From: a virus
Virus record (IMG/VR): IMGVR_UViG_3300035146_000036
DNA length: 64,000 nucleotides
Direction: 5' to 3' (one strand)
The translations under genes and the position numbers were made by a program. Positions 1 through 9,907 of the stretch are shown in pieces; position 1 is the stretch's first letter, and every line of letters begins with the position of its first letter. The notes below the pieces were generated by a model. That model had not been told where the DNA came from, did not search any database, and saw only the letters and a program-made list of their open reading frames with translations.

Positions 1-1873
1 ATTTGTTCCTCCCAGTGGATGTGATGTAAAGGTACCAAACGTACATTTTTCTACATCAGATATTGCAAATTATACAAGTGGAAATACTTATCAAGATGGG
101 AGTAATTTCGAAAATAACAGATATGAAATAATCATGTCAGGAGCTGGAAAGGTTGAATTGAGTATTTGTAATATTGGCAGTTCTTTTTTTGGTACTTCTG
201 GTGCTTATTATTACTATGCTGATTATGTTGGGGCATCTGTATCTTTAGGTTCTGCTGCGTGTTTACAAAAATCCATATATAATAATTGTGTTGTAATAAA
301 TGATCCGTTTGCATTGGCGTCAAATTCAAATTCCGCAATAGGCGTTGTTGATTGCGGTAATGGTGCTGATATAATAGATTGTTTAGCTGTACAAGCATAT
401 GCTTATTGGATGTACCTTGGAGCAAATACTTCATCTAATATATTAATAAAGAATTGTATTTCCGTATTGGGCGGAAATGCTTATGGAGCGAATACGTATT
501 TATTTTGTTATTACGCTGGAAGGTGTGAAAATTTTACTATAGATAATTGCGTTGGAATATCTGCAGATATACATTCTAATGCTAAGGTTTTAGTTCTTAG
601 AGATACGAATGATGCCACGGTAACAAATATTATTGCTGCGTCTTCCCAAGATTACCAAAATCCCACTTTAACAACTAACGCAATCGCAATGGAAAACGCT
701 AAAGACGTATATTTGTGTGGTTGGAAAACATTGGGACCAGCAGGTTATAGAGTATTTTATTTCACCGATTGTAATAGAATAAAATTTAGGTGTTTAGGAA
801 GAATAGACTCTCCTGATGATATGAATAATAAAAGTCGGGAATTATTTACTCTTGTAGGAAGTTGTGTTGACATAGATATATCTAGGATATGGGCTGAAAA
901 TTCTAATTATAATTTTTCAGCCCCTCTTCCAACAACAGCAATAGGAACTTTGATTGGTAATTGTAGTTACGATTATGACCAAACATTCGATATTGCTGGG
1001 GTGGATACGGTTGTAAAAGGTTTACATGCGGGTTCTGGAAGCATTGGAGCGCCAGGCGGCATAAACGCATCTTATCCTGGCGATATTGGTGTACAAATTC
1101 ACGATGGATTTAAATCTGATACATCGGGATTTATTGTTTGTGCATTAATACCACCTTCTGATGATAATAATTATATAACTATAGTTAGTGGTAATCCCGA
1201 ATTCAATGGTGATGGTTCTTTGAATATGTCCAATGGAGATGTGATAGAAGTAGAACAAAGTTATTTTTCAAAAGGCCATATTTCGTTTACCGGTAATATA
1301 ACATCCATGTTAGGTTCAGGAGCTATTTCTTGGGGAACAGATGAATGGACGGACGTTACAGTAGAATTTCAATACGACACAGGAAGCGGTTGGAGTGGAA
1401 GTTGGTTGAATGCAAGAACAGTAGGCAATTGGACCGGAATAAGCGGCATTTCAAGCGGAATAAAATTGAAATATAGATTTACTGCTACGAATGACGTAAC
1501 GGATATGTTTCTGTTTATCACAGAAACTACTACTAGTATTGCCGTACAAGAAGCTAATTTATATTCTATTGACCAGACAGTAGTTGATTTGACAATAACG
1601 GTTGTTGATAAGAATCAAGACCCAATAAGTGGTGTACAAACTGCTATTTTTAGACAGGATAATGGTCAGCAGTTAATGAATAAAGATACCAATGTATTAG
1701 GTGTTGCAACCGAAGAATTTGTGTATTCATCAGATATTGCGATAATAATTAGATGCAGAAAATCAGAAGATATAGATGACCCTAGATATAAGCCATTTAG
1801 TACTACTGGTACAATTAGGTCTACTGGTTTTGATTTAAAAGTGACAATTCAAGAAAGTCTTGTCCTGAATTAG
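1..1873 (+). CDS. 5'-truncated structural protein with parallel beta-helix-like repeats (tailspike/fibre or depolymerase-like)
   Basis: Reading frame is open from position 2 to the window edge with no stop, so the ORF starts upstream of the window; periodic NxV/IxI/NC motifs typical of pectate-lyase-like beta-helix. Confidence 0.5.
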   Translation, partial: FVPPSGCDVKVPNVHFSTSDIANYTSGNTYQDGSNFENNRYEIIMSGAGKVELSICNIGSSFFGTSGAYYYYADYVGASVSLGSAACLQKSIYNNCVVINDPFALASNSNSAIGVVDCGNGADIIDCLAVQAYAYWMYLGANTSSNILIKNCISVLGGNAYGANTYLFCYYAGRCENFTIDNCVGISADIHSNAKVLVLRDTNDATVTNIIAASSQDYQNPTLTTNAIAMENAKDVYLCGWKTLGPAGYRVFYFTDCNRIKFRCLGRIDSPDDMNNKSRELFTLVGSCVDIDISRIWAENSNYNFSAPLPTTAIGTLIGNCSYDYDQTFDIAGVDTVVKGLHAGSGSIGAPGGINASYPGDIGVQIHDGFKSDTSGFIVCALIPPSDDNNYITIVSGNPEFNGDGSLNMSNGDVIEVEQSYFSKGHISFTGNITSMLGSGAISWGTDEWTDVTVEFQYDTGSGWSGSWLNARTVGNWTGISGISSGIKLKYRFTATNDVTDMFLFITETTTSIAVQEANLYSIDQTVVDLTITVVDKNQDPISGVQTAIFRQDNGQQLMNKDTNVLGVATEEFVYSSDIAIIIRCRKSEDIDDPRYKPFSTTGTIRSTGFDLKVTIQESLVLN

Positions 1874-1882
1874 GAGACATAT

Positions 1883-4354
1883 ATGAGTAATACAATTTTG
1901 TCAGGTGATTTAACAATTTATTATTTGTCTGAAAATAGAAGAAAACAGATTACATGGAGTGGTGGTAGTACTAAAGCAGATACACAGAAGATGATTGATA
2001 TTTATTCTGCGATGCAGGATTTATTTTCTTCTGCTCCTCAAATGGATGATGGGGTTATTTTTTCAGCTGAAACACCTGGTGAATATACAATTGGTAAAAT
2101 TGATGCTGCAGATGCTGAGCCATGGTTTATAGATTTGAGAACTATGCAGCATATAATAGGTGATTATGAGAATTTTACTGGATGTGCTTTAAAGACATCA
2201 GGATGGAAAAGAATAGTTGATAGTAATACTGGTATAGTTGTTGTTCCTGTTACAAATGCTAGTAATAATATAGTATTAGGTGATGTTGGAAATGCAATAA
2301 CTCATACAGATGGAGATGCTGGTATATTATTAGATGTTGTTGTTCCAGGTGGTACAACAGATTATTTGTTTGTAAGACCTGATTCTAGCGCTGCTGCGAA
2401 TAATTTTGACAGTAGTAGTGGAACTTTGACTTGTAATGCACATACAGCAACTCAATCGGCGGTTTCTGTTACAGGAGAGATGATTTGGGGAAATGTATAT
2501 ACGCAGGGTGGAATTTTATCTGATACTCATATTTACCTTTATCAAAATGGTGAGCGTGTTACATCTTTTGATCAGACAAATCAAGATTGGTGGGAAGATG
2601 GTCATTTGGATAGAGCTATTCCCATAACAGATTATACTACAGATAATTTTCCAGTTATAGATAGTGGTTATTTGACGGTTTATGCTAGATGTTACACAAG
2701 TGGATATTCATTTGTTGAAATTAGAATGAATACAACTTCAGGAGGTAATGTTTCTGCTCCATTGTCTTCTAGCACAGATTCTAATAATTCTACTGGATAT
2801 GCAAGTATTACTCTTTCTGGAGGGTCTGGTAATTGGAATATTGGAGATGAAATTTCAGGAGATACATCAGGTGCAAGAGGTATAATAACTCTTGTTTCAG
2901 GTACTAATCCTACCCCAACGTTGCATTTTTATTATGTAGGAGACCCATTTATAGCCTTTAATGGGTCTGAAGCAATTACAAATGAGGATGATACTGGTGC
3001 AGCAACTGGGTCTGGATCTGTTGCTAATCAAGGTCCAGCATTAACCACTTGGTTTGATGGAAATGTTTTACCAACAGTTGCTTTTACTGCGGTTACAGCC
3101 GATATTGATGATGATGGTTCAGATGAGCCATATAGTATAACATGGGATTTAAATCAAGCAAGTTTAGCTCAATTTTATGAGTATATGAAATATGTATGCA
3201 GAAGAGGTTCCACATATAATTTGGATGATCTTGATGGTCAAGAGTATATTGGTGTCACATATAGAGTAAATTATACTGGAACAGTTACAGGTACTGTAGA
3301 CGAAGGGGATTCAGTAACTGGAGTTACTTCTGGTGCTATTGGTTTAGTTCTATCTCATGATACAACTAATAAGGTTATACTTCTTAGAAATACAAGGGGT
3401 ACTTTTATAGATGGAGAGCAAATTCAGGTTGATGTAGGTAATTATATACCAGCAAGTGGAACTACTGTTTCAACAATTACTCCTATTTCTGAATGTCCGT
3501 TTGGAACATTAGCTGGTGGTATTTTCTTTGGGTCTGTTGGGGTTTTAATTTCTGATTATAAAAGTTCAGAAGAGAATTATTTTCAACTAAAAGATTCAAA
3601 TGGAGTAACTAGATCAAGGCCAACTTCTACATCTATGACTGTTTCGAATGTTGCACCATATGATTGGGTTGGAGTTTACAGGTTGTTATCTCAAGGTGGA
3701 AATATAAACAAAACAGAGTATTCCGCTGCTGGAGGGGAAACACCTGGTGATAGTACATTAGATGTGAGTGGGTCTGTAACCGTTGATACTCCAGGGAAAA
3801 CAGCTGGAGGAAGATTGGTTCTTATTGATGCTAGTGAAAATAATGCTGAATATATATTAAGATATTCTTCTTGGTCTGGTTCGCAATTTATTTTGGCAAA
3901 TTTTGCTGATACAGCAGAAGCAGGAACCAATTCAACAACGATTGTTGCTGTTGGTGCATTTTCATCTTCTGAAGTTGGAGACTTGATTTATAATGTTACT
4001 AGAGACGAAGTATCTTATATATCAGAGGTTACAAGTAATGATGAAGTTCAACTTGACCCAAATTATCCAATAGTTGGACAGACTACTGGAGATTCATTTG
4101 AGGTTAATGCTGTTCCTATAACGGTTACATCTAGTGATTATATATTTGTTCCTATTATTTTAACGTTTGTTACATCTGGTACAACAGTAAGTGCTTCGAT
4201 GGTTTTTGTTTCTCCTATTTATGGAAGAACAAGAGTTAGAAATACATCTGGTGCATCAGTTAAAATTGAGCCATTTACATCAGAGGTAACGATTCCTGCT
4301 ACTGGTGGTGAAACTGTTGCTGTTAGGAATCCTGATACGGTTTATAATGGATAA
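1883..4354 (+). CDS. Large structural protein (823 aa), fibre-like
   Basis: Long ORF with GGAG RBS; Ser/Thr/Gly-rich beta-type composition; follows the beta-helix protein. Confidence 0.45.
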   Translation: MSNTILSGDLTIYYLSENRRKQITWSGGSTKADTQKMIDIYSAMQDLFSSAPQMDDGVIFSAETPGEYTIGKIDAADAEPWFIDLRTMQHIIGDYENFTGCALKTSGWKRIVDSNTGIVVVPVTNASNNIVLGDVGNAITHTDGDAGILLDVVVPGGTTDYLFVRPDSSAAANNFDSSSGTLTCNAHTATQSAVSVTGEMIWGNVYTQGGILSDTHIYLYQNGERVTSFDQTNQDWWEDGHLDRAIPITDYTTDNFPVIDSGYLTVYARCYTSGYSFVEIRMNTTSGGNVSAPLSSSTDSNNSTGYASITLSGGSGNWNIGDEISGDTSGARGIITLVSGTNPTPTLHFYYVGDPFIAFNGSEAITNEDDTGAATGSGSVANQGPALTTWFDGNVLPTVAFTAVTADIDDDGSDEPYSITWDLNQASLAQFYEYMKYVCRRGSTYNLDDLDGQEYIGVTYRVNYTGTVTGTVDEGDSVTGVTSGAIGLVLSHDTTNKVILLRNTRGTFIDGEQIQVDVGNYIPASGTTVSTITPISECPFGTLAGGIFFGSVGVLISDYKSSEENYFQLKDSNGVTRSRPTSTSMTVSNVAPYDWVGVYRLLSQGGNINKTEYSAAGGETPGDSTLDVSGSVTVDTPGKTAGGRLVLIDASENNAEYILRYSSWSGSQFILANFADTAEAGTNSTTIVAVGAFSSSEVGDLIYNVTRDEVSYISEVTSNDEVQLDPNYPIVGQTTGDSFEVNAVPITVTSSDYIFVPIILTFVTSGTTVSASMVFVSPIYGRTRVRNTSGASVKIEPFTSEVTIPATGGETVAVRNPDTVYNG

Positions 4355-4631
4355 AAATATAAATATTGTAGAGATAAAAAGAGTTGCATCTGTTTTGTCA
4401 TGTCTAGAAAATGATTTTTTAGAGTTGGAAAAGGTAAAACATCATTTATCTAGACGAAGAGATAATTTAAATCGTCTTTTGAATGGTAGTGAATATGACA
4501 AAACTGCATTGAAATCTCAACTTGAAATGATTCCGGTTGAAGAACGAAAAGTTGATGATTTGATGTGTGAGAACAGAAGGAAAATGACGATATATAGTAA
4601 TGCAATGAAAAGATTGACATCTATAGTATAG
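4347..4631 (+). CDS. Hypothetical protein
   Basis: ORF; ATG overlaps the upstream stop (ATGGATAA). Confidence 0.4.
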   Translation: MDKNINIVEIKRVASVLSCLENDFLELEKVKHHLSRRRDNLNRLLNGSEYDKTALKSQLEMIPVEERKVDDLMCENRRKMTIYSNAMKRLTSIV

Positions 4632-4633
4632 TT

Positions 4634-5020
4634 ATGAGAATAAAAATAAAAAATAAAGATAAGGATGAGAATATTAGAAAAAAATTAAGAGCTTCTAATA
4701 TTGATAAAACTGATACTATTGAACAAAGTATAGAAGAGGTTAGATCTCTTAAAAAAGAACGTTTGAAATATATTGAAATGCGTGAAGCGTGTTCTGTACA
4801 GTATGAATATATTGACCAGATTTATTATGATGGAGAAATAGATAAGGATAATAGAGATGATATAATGGATAAAATTGAAGTTAATAAAGAGCGATTTGAA
4901 AATTTAATTGAATCATATGATTTATTAATAGAAGCTAGTGAGGATATATTAAAAAGTTTGACTGGAAGTAATTCTTTAACTGGAAAGATAAAAGATAATG
5001 GCAAGGTAAGCAAAAAATAA
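4634..5020 (+). CDS. Hypothetical K/E-rich coiled-coil protein
   Basis: ORF, charged composition. Confidence 0.4.
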   Translation: MRIKIKNKDKDENIRKKLRASNIDKTDTIEQSIEEVRSLKKERLKYIEMREACSVQYEYIDQIYYDGEIDKDNRDDIMDKIEVNKERFENLIESYDLLIEASEDILKSLTGSNSLTGKIKDNGKVSKK

Positions 5021-5640
5021 TGTCTTATTATGTAGACTGGCATAATCATTTGATTCATATTTTGGCTCCTCAAGTTGAGGTTATTGTCCAGGATTTATAT
5101 GATTTTCTTAGTGATATTATGCAGTCTCCTGTTGGTATGAATTATGATGAAATATGTTTTGCTACTGGGAAAGATTTATTGGATGAAGATATTACTACTG
5201 GTATAACATTGACTTTATATTCTCCATGGCAATTAAGATTTTGGGATGGTGCTTATGTTGCTGTAGTTAAGGGTGGAAATCTTACTGGTGGATTAGATGG
5301 TGATCCTATTGCATATACTCCTAATGTTCAGGTTATGGTTCTTCAAGCTGTTTCTTCGACGATAGTACAAACAGGAGGTACGGCACTTACTCAGGATGAA
5401 CATGATAAGTTGATGACGGGTCTTGATGAGAGTATTCCGGAAGGTGTTTGGAATGATACACCTCTTGGTGAATATTTAACAAAAGTTTTAAATATAGAGG
5501 AGGGTGATTGGCGAATAATAAATAATCAGATGATTTTTTTTGAAACAGACGGTGTTACAGAGGTAGTAAGATTTGATTTATTTGATGAAAATGGAAATCC
5601 ATCAATGGAATCAGTATATTATAGAAAGCGTGTAACATAG
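5020..5640 (+). CDS. Hypothetical protein
   Basis: ORF, start overlaps upstream stop. Confidence 0.45.
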   Translation: MSYYVDWHNHLIHILAPQVEVIVQDLYDFLSDIMQSPVGMNYDEICFATGKDLLDEDITTGITLTLYSPWQLRFWDGAYVAVVKGGNLTGGLDGDPIAYTPNVQVMVLQAVSSTIVQTGGTALTQDEHDKLMTGLDESIPEGVWNDTPLGEYLTKVLNIEEGDWRIINNQMIFFETDGVTEVVRFDLFDENGNPSMESVYYRKRVT

Positions 5641-5732
5641 TTTTTGGACATGGTAATTTTGAAATTGTAGTATATTTGTATATGTAGTATTTTGTATATG
5701 TTTGTAATATATTTAAAAATCAGGAGAATATC

Positions 5733-6062
5733 ATGACTAAAAATTTTGAAACTGTAATTTTTGTTGACCCAGTAATTTTGATTATATCTGTATTTATTTT
5801 AACGGTTGTTAGTATTTCTACTTTAGTAATTGTTTATAAAATATATAAGATGCATGATGTTAGGAATTCTGATGGCTCTTATGCCTGGATGGTACCTACT
5901 AATTTTTTTGATATTCAAAAGCAAATTACTGATAGCCAAAATAATATGGTTGTTTTAATTAAAGAAATGAATGAGCAACAGAGTCAGATTTGTGAAATTT
6001 TAAGTAATTTAGTTAGTGAAACGTCATCTTGGAGAGAACAAAAAGATGTCGAAAAAGAGTGA
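5733..6062 (+). CDS. Hypothetical membrane protein (N-terminal TM helix)
   Basis: Hydrophobic segment VILIISVFILTVVSISTLVIV; AGGAG RBS. Confidence 0.45.
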   Translation: MTKNFETVIFVDPVILIISVFILTVVSISTLVIVYKIYKMHDVRNSDGSYAWMVPTNFFDIQKQITDSQNNMVVLIKEMNEQQSQICEILSNLVSETSSWREQKDVEKE

Positions 6063-6600
6063 TGAATATGATATCCGATATTTAGGAACTCTATATGAGG
6101 ATTTATCAGAAGTTACTAAACGTCAAACTATTACTCTTCAGTCATTAGAGAGAATTGCTATAGAGACACAGACTTTTCTAGAAGCACAAGGAGAGAAGGT
6201 TGATGATAATAAGAAAACGATAAAAGATCATGATGTTAGAATAAGAAGTGTTGAGAGAAAACAGGATTTGTGTAATGCATCAGATGATATTAGTGGAATA
6301 AAGAAACAGTTGAATCGTCTTATAGCTTTTAAAGATATGATTTTGTCTAAAACAAATGAAGATAGTGGAGTTTTAGATATTCATGCATTGAGGATGAAGA
6401 AAGCTGTTGATGATGCGATGCTTAATCAAATACCTGTTAAGCTTTTGTTGATAAAAATGTTACCTTGGATGATTCTTGTTTTTGTAGTAGGTATTGTATT
6501 AGCTACTATTATTACTACTAAAATGTTTTATGATGATAAAATTATTGTTCCTAATCCGCCAATTTCGCCAATAGAAACAGAAACGAACTCGAGTTCGTGA
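6046..6600 (+). CDS. Hypothetical coiled-coil protein with C-terminal TM segment
   Basis: ORF; start placed at internal ATG after GGAGAG; C-terminal hydrophobic stretch. Confidence 0.4.
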   Translation: MSKKSDEYDIRYLGTLYEDLSEVTKRQTITLQSLERIAIETQTFLEAQGEKVDDNKKTIKDHDVRIRSVERKQDLCNASDDISGIKKQLNRLIAFKDMILSKTNEDSGVLDIHALRMKKAVDDAMLNQIPVKLLLIKMLPWMILVFVVGIVLATIITTKMFYDDKIIVPNPPISPIETETNSSS

Positions 6601-6617
6601 GTTAAAGGAGAATTGAT

Positions 6618-6884
6618 ATGCCAAAAGATATGAGAGAATTGATAGAAAAAACAAATATTGATTCAAAATTAAAAATATCATGGAATAAAATTTTTAAACA
6701 ATTAAGTGATACTTCTGAACTTGATACTGTTATTTTTCATTTTTCAAAGTCTATTTTGAGAGCTGGAATTAATAATAAAGAATTAGAAAAAAAAAGGAAG
6801 GAATTTAGAAAAGTTGCTGATGAATTAACAGAAATAATGCATGATATTGTTTATGGATATTTAGAGAAAAGATCTAATATATGA
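6618..6884 (+). CDS. Hypothetical protein
   Basis: ORF with AAGGAG RBS. Confidence 0.45.
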   Translation: MPKDMRELIEKTNIDSKLKISWNKIFKQLSDTSELDTVIFHFSKSILRAGINNKELEKKRKEFRKVADELTEIMHDIVYGYLEKRSNI

Positions 6885-7202
6885 ATAGGATTGTTACAAG
6901 AGGATTAGGTCCAACGCAATTATTGATTACTCGAGGTTATGGGTTTACTGGTGCAATAGTAAAAATTTATAGAGAAATTTTAAGATTAGTATCAAAAGTT
7001 ACTACTAGATTGGGATTAGTATCACAATGTCAGAAGAAAGATTGTGTTTAGTATCAAAAATTACTAAAGAAGTAGATTTGACATCTAATCTTAACATATC
7101 TGTCAATATTGTATCAAATATAGGATTGGTGATAGAGGATGTTTCTATGATATCTCCAGGATTGATTTTGACATCAGCATTTCATTTAGAGGAGTGCACA
7201 TA

Positions 7203-7520
7203 ATGGCTACAGTTTGTTCTAATTGTGATCTTGATGGTAAATATTATATAGGAGATATAGGTACTGAGATAATTGTAGATACTTGTGTTGATTTAGTTGA
7301 AGCTGGAGCTACAGTTACAAATTTGATTGTTGAAAAGCCAGATAGGACAGTTGAAATATGGGTTGGTTCTATTTATGGAACAACAAGTATTAAATATGTT
7401 GTTCAGGTTGGTGATTTTGACCAGGCAGGTCCATATAGAATTCAAGCATATGTTGAGATGCCTGGTTGGACTGGTAGGGGTAATACAGCAACATTCCAAG
7501 TAACGGATTTGTTTGGTTAG
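7203..7520 (+). CDS. Hypothetical small beta-rich structural protein
   Basis: ATG 8 nt after AGGAG; the ORF-track start at 7194 is GTG. Confidence 0.45.
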   Translation: MATVCSNCDLDGKYYIGDIGTEIIVDTCVDLVEAGATVTNLIVEKPDRTVEIWVGSIYGTTSIKYVVQVGDFDQAGPYRIQAYVEMPGWTGRGNTATFQVTDLFG

Positions 7521-7522
7521 TT

Positions 7523-8374
7523 TTGAGACGAATAAGAAAATATAAATGTACTAATGGGCCATCTACGTTGTGTCAGTTTTCATTAAGTAGTAAGACAATA
7601 AAATTAATGAAAGAAATTGAGAATGAATGGCCTAAAAGATTAAAGGAATCTCGTTTCTTTTTTTTACTAGATGTAGCAAATTTTTTAGTAGAGGAAGTTA
7701 AAAAGGCGAATGTATCAATTAGTATTGACGGAAAAGATAAATTATATGCAGAAGATTTGAGAATAGGGATAGTAGATAGTGAAGAAGAAAATGATGTAAT
7801 TGCTATTTATTTAGATGGTGAAAATGCAGAAGTAACAGAAGAATATGCTACAAAAACAGTATTATATTTTAATTCACATAATGGTTCACCTGAATGGATA
7901 TCTGTATTAAATAGATATGGTCCTTGGCCATCAAATATGGTTCCTATTGAAGTTAATTCGACACATGCTAGAATTGTTTCGAGATTGGCAAGAAAAGATG
8001 AAATTTTAGCATTACAAGATAGAATATTTAAGAATAGAGGTAAGATTGAATTGGATTTTTTACGGTCAGGAATTCCAAATGTTGATATTGGTGAAACAAC
8101 AAATGGAATAGGGCTTAAAGTTCATGAAGATTTGGGATATAATGTAATTAGAAAGGAATTTGGGTTTGATGGTGAAAAAGGAAGAGCGCATTGGAGGCCA
8201 GCTTTTAAGGAAACAAAAAAATATGCTATGAAGTGCATGGAAAAGGTTGTAGAATATATACAGACTGGTGATAAAAATATATTTAATTTATCATTAAAAG
8301 CTGATAGAATTAATTCGTCTGTAGTTAAATCAGGAGAGGGTTTTGCAAAAGAACTAGCTCCTTTTTTGAAATAA
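7523..8374 (+). CDS. Hypothetical protein (start uncertain; in-frame ATG at 7607)
   Basis: ORF. Confidence 0.4.
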   Translation: MRRIRKYKCTNGPSTLCQFSLSSKTIKLMKEIENEWPKRLKESRFFFLLDVANFLVEEVKKANVSISIDGKDKLYAEDLRIGIVDSEEENDVIAIYLDGENAEVTEEYATKTVLYFNSHNGSPEWISVLNRYGPWPSNMVPIEVNSTHARIVSRLARKDEILALQDRIFKNRGKIELDFLRSGIPNVDIGETTNGIGLKVHEDLGYNVIRKEFGFDGEKGRAHWRPAFKETKKYAMKCMEKVVEYIQTGDKNIFNLSLKADRINSSVVKSGEGFAKELAPFLK

Positions 8375-8391
8375 GAGTTGAGAGGTGAAAG

Positions 8392-8688
8392 ATGACAAAA
8401 TCGGTTGATATAAATCCTAATAATGTTGATAAGAATAGTAGTAAGGTTAGTAGGTTAGATGATTTGAATATTACTTTGATGGGAGTAGAGAATGATTTGA
8501 TGGGTAGAGCTTTGGATAGAAGTAGAGATGAAGTAGAAAGAGCATATGATTTTATAAATAAAGCTGCAGAGAATGATGTGATAGAAATAGATTGTGATGG
8601 TTGTGATGATGAATCTAATATTGTACAATCATCCAGTGATGAAGATAAAGATAAGAATAATGAGCCTGTTAAAGAGCCATCTGATTAA
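8392..8688 (+). CDS. Hypothetical acidic protein
   Basis: ORF with GAGAGG RBS. Confidence 0.4.
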   Translation: MTKSVDINPNNVDKNSSKVSRLDDLNITLMGVENDLMGRALDRSRDEVERAYDFINKAAENDVIEIDCDGCDDESNIVQSSSDEDKDKNNEPVKEPSD

Positions 8689-8722
8689 TTTTTTGGCGAA
8701 CTCGAGTTCGCAAGAGGATTAA

Positions 8723-9421
8723 ATGACAGTAATAGGCACTTTGGATGTTAGGGATTTTGATTTGGGGTGTATGCTTACCATTGGTGCTGAAATTGTATAT
8801 TATTCTATTGACGGTGATTTTAGAGCGCAATATGTAGTTGATGTTGATGGTGTAAATACAGATATAGATAGGTTTCAAAACAAGGTTCCTGCTTTTTTTG
8901 ATTCTCCTGAAGATGCCTATCAAGATTATATTCTTCCATGTTTTGTGTTTAAATCTAACAGTATGAATGATGCTTTTAATAGGCAACCATATGCTGGTAC
9001 TGTTGGGCGTGCTCCTTCTAAGGATGCGATTCCAATATATGGAGATAATGGTATCATAATAGGTTATAATAAATATGAAGAGCAGATTAGGCCAGACCCA
9101 TATGATATAGGTTTTGACCTTATGATTTATGCACGAAGGAAACAAGAATTAAATAGAATGGTATCTCATGTAATGAAAAAGATGAGACCGCCATACTTTA
9201 ATTTTAAAGTTGTTGACAGTTTGGGAGATGTGAGAGAATATGATGCAGGAGATATGTCATATTCTAACGCATCAGAATTGGCTGATATTGCTGACAGAAT
9301 TGCTGCTTGGACGTTGTCTTTTACTGTGCGTGGTGAAATTGACACATTTGATGGGATTTGTTCTCCAGCTATGACAGATCCTTATTCTAGCGTTCAAATG
9401 GGCGTTGAAATGGAGAATTGA
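8723..9421 (+). CDS. Hypothetical protein (possible neck/tail completion by position)
   Basis: ORF preceded by palindrome and AGAGGA RBS. Confidence 0.4.
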   Translation: MTVIGTLDVRDFDLGCMLTIGAEIVYYSIDGDFRAQYVVDVDGVNTDIDRFQNKVPAFFDSPEDAYQDYILPCFVFKSNSMNDAFNRQPYAGTVGRAPSKDAIPIYGDNGIIIGYNKYEEQIRPDPYDIGFDLMIYARRKQELNRMVSHVMKKMRPPYFNFKVVDSLGDVREYDAGDMSYSNASELADIADRIAAWTLSFTVRGEIDTFDGICSPAMTDPYSSVQMGVEMEN

Positions 9422-9422
9422 T

Positions 9423-9881
9423 ATGTCTTGGTATTATTATTCAGGAAGAGTTGTTAGGCCCGTTATGGTTGAGAAAGGACGATCTGTTTCTGTTAGACCT
9501 AATACAAAGGTTGAAATTATAGATGAATCTACGATTGAATTTAAATCGCTTTGTAGAAGAGGTTTTTTTCGTAGGACGAGTAGACCAAAAGATTTAAATG
9601 TAGATAAAAAGAATATTTCTGATAAAACATTTAAAGATGTTATTAAGAAATCAAAAATGGCAAGGCTTATTGCTGAAAAAGGTGTTACAATAGCTATGGA
9701 TGTTCCTCCAGTATCGAAAGTTAAAGTTGAATTAACTGAAGGTGAAATGGAGAATATTTCATTGGATGAAATGAGTGAAGAGAAGAAAGTTGATATAGGT
9801 GATTTTTTAGATGTTGACCAGGGTGAAGCGTTGCCGAATATTGAAATAAAAAAAGAAGAAAAAAAGAAGAAACGCCGTTAG
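9423..9881 (+). CDS. Hypothetical protein with K/E-rich tail
   Basis: ORF; ATG just after upstream stop. Confidence 0.35.
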   Translation: MSWYYYSGRVVRPVMVEKGRSVSVRPNTKVEIIDESTIEFKSLCRRGFFRRTSRPKDLNVDKKNISDKTFKDVIKKSKMARLIAEKGVTIAMDVPPVSKVKVELTEGEMENISLDEMSEEKKVDIGDFLDVDQGEALPNIEIKKEEKKKKRR

Positions 9882-9907
9882 GTCGGCTTGGCAACATGGA
9901 GTAAAAA

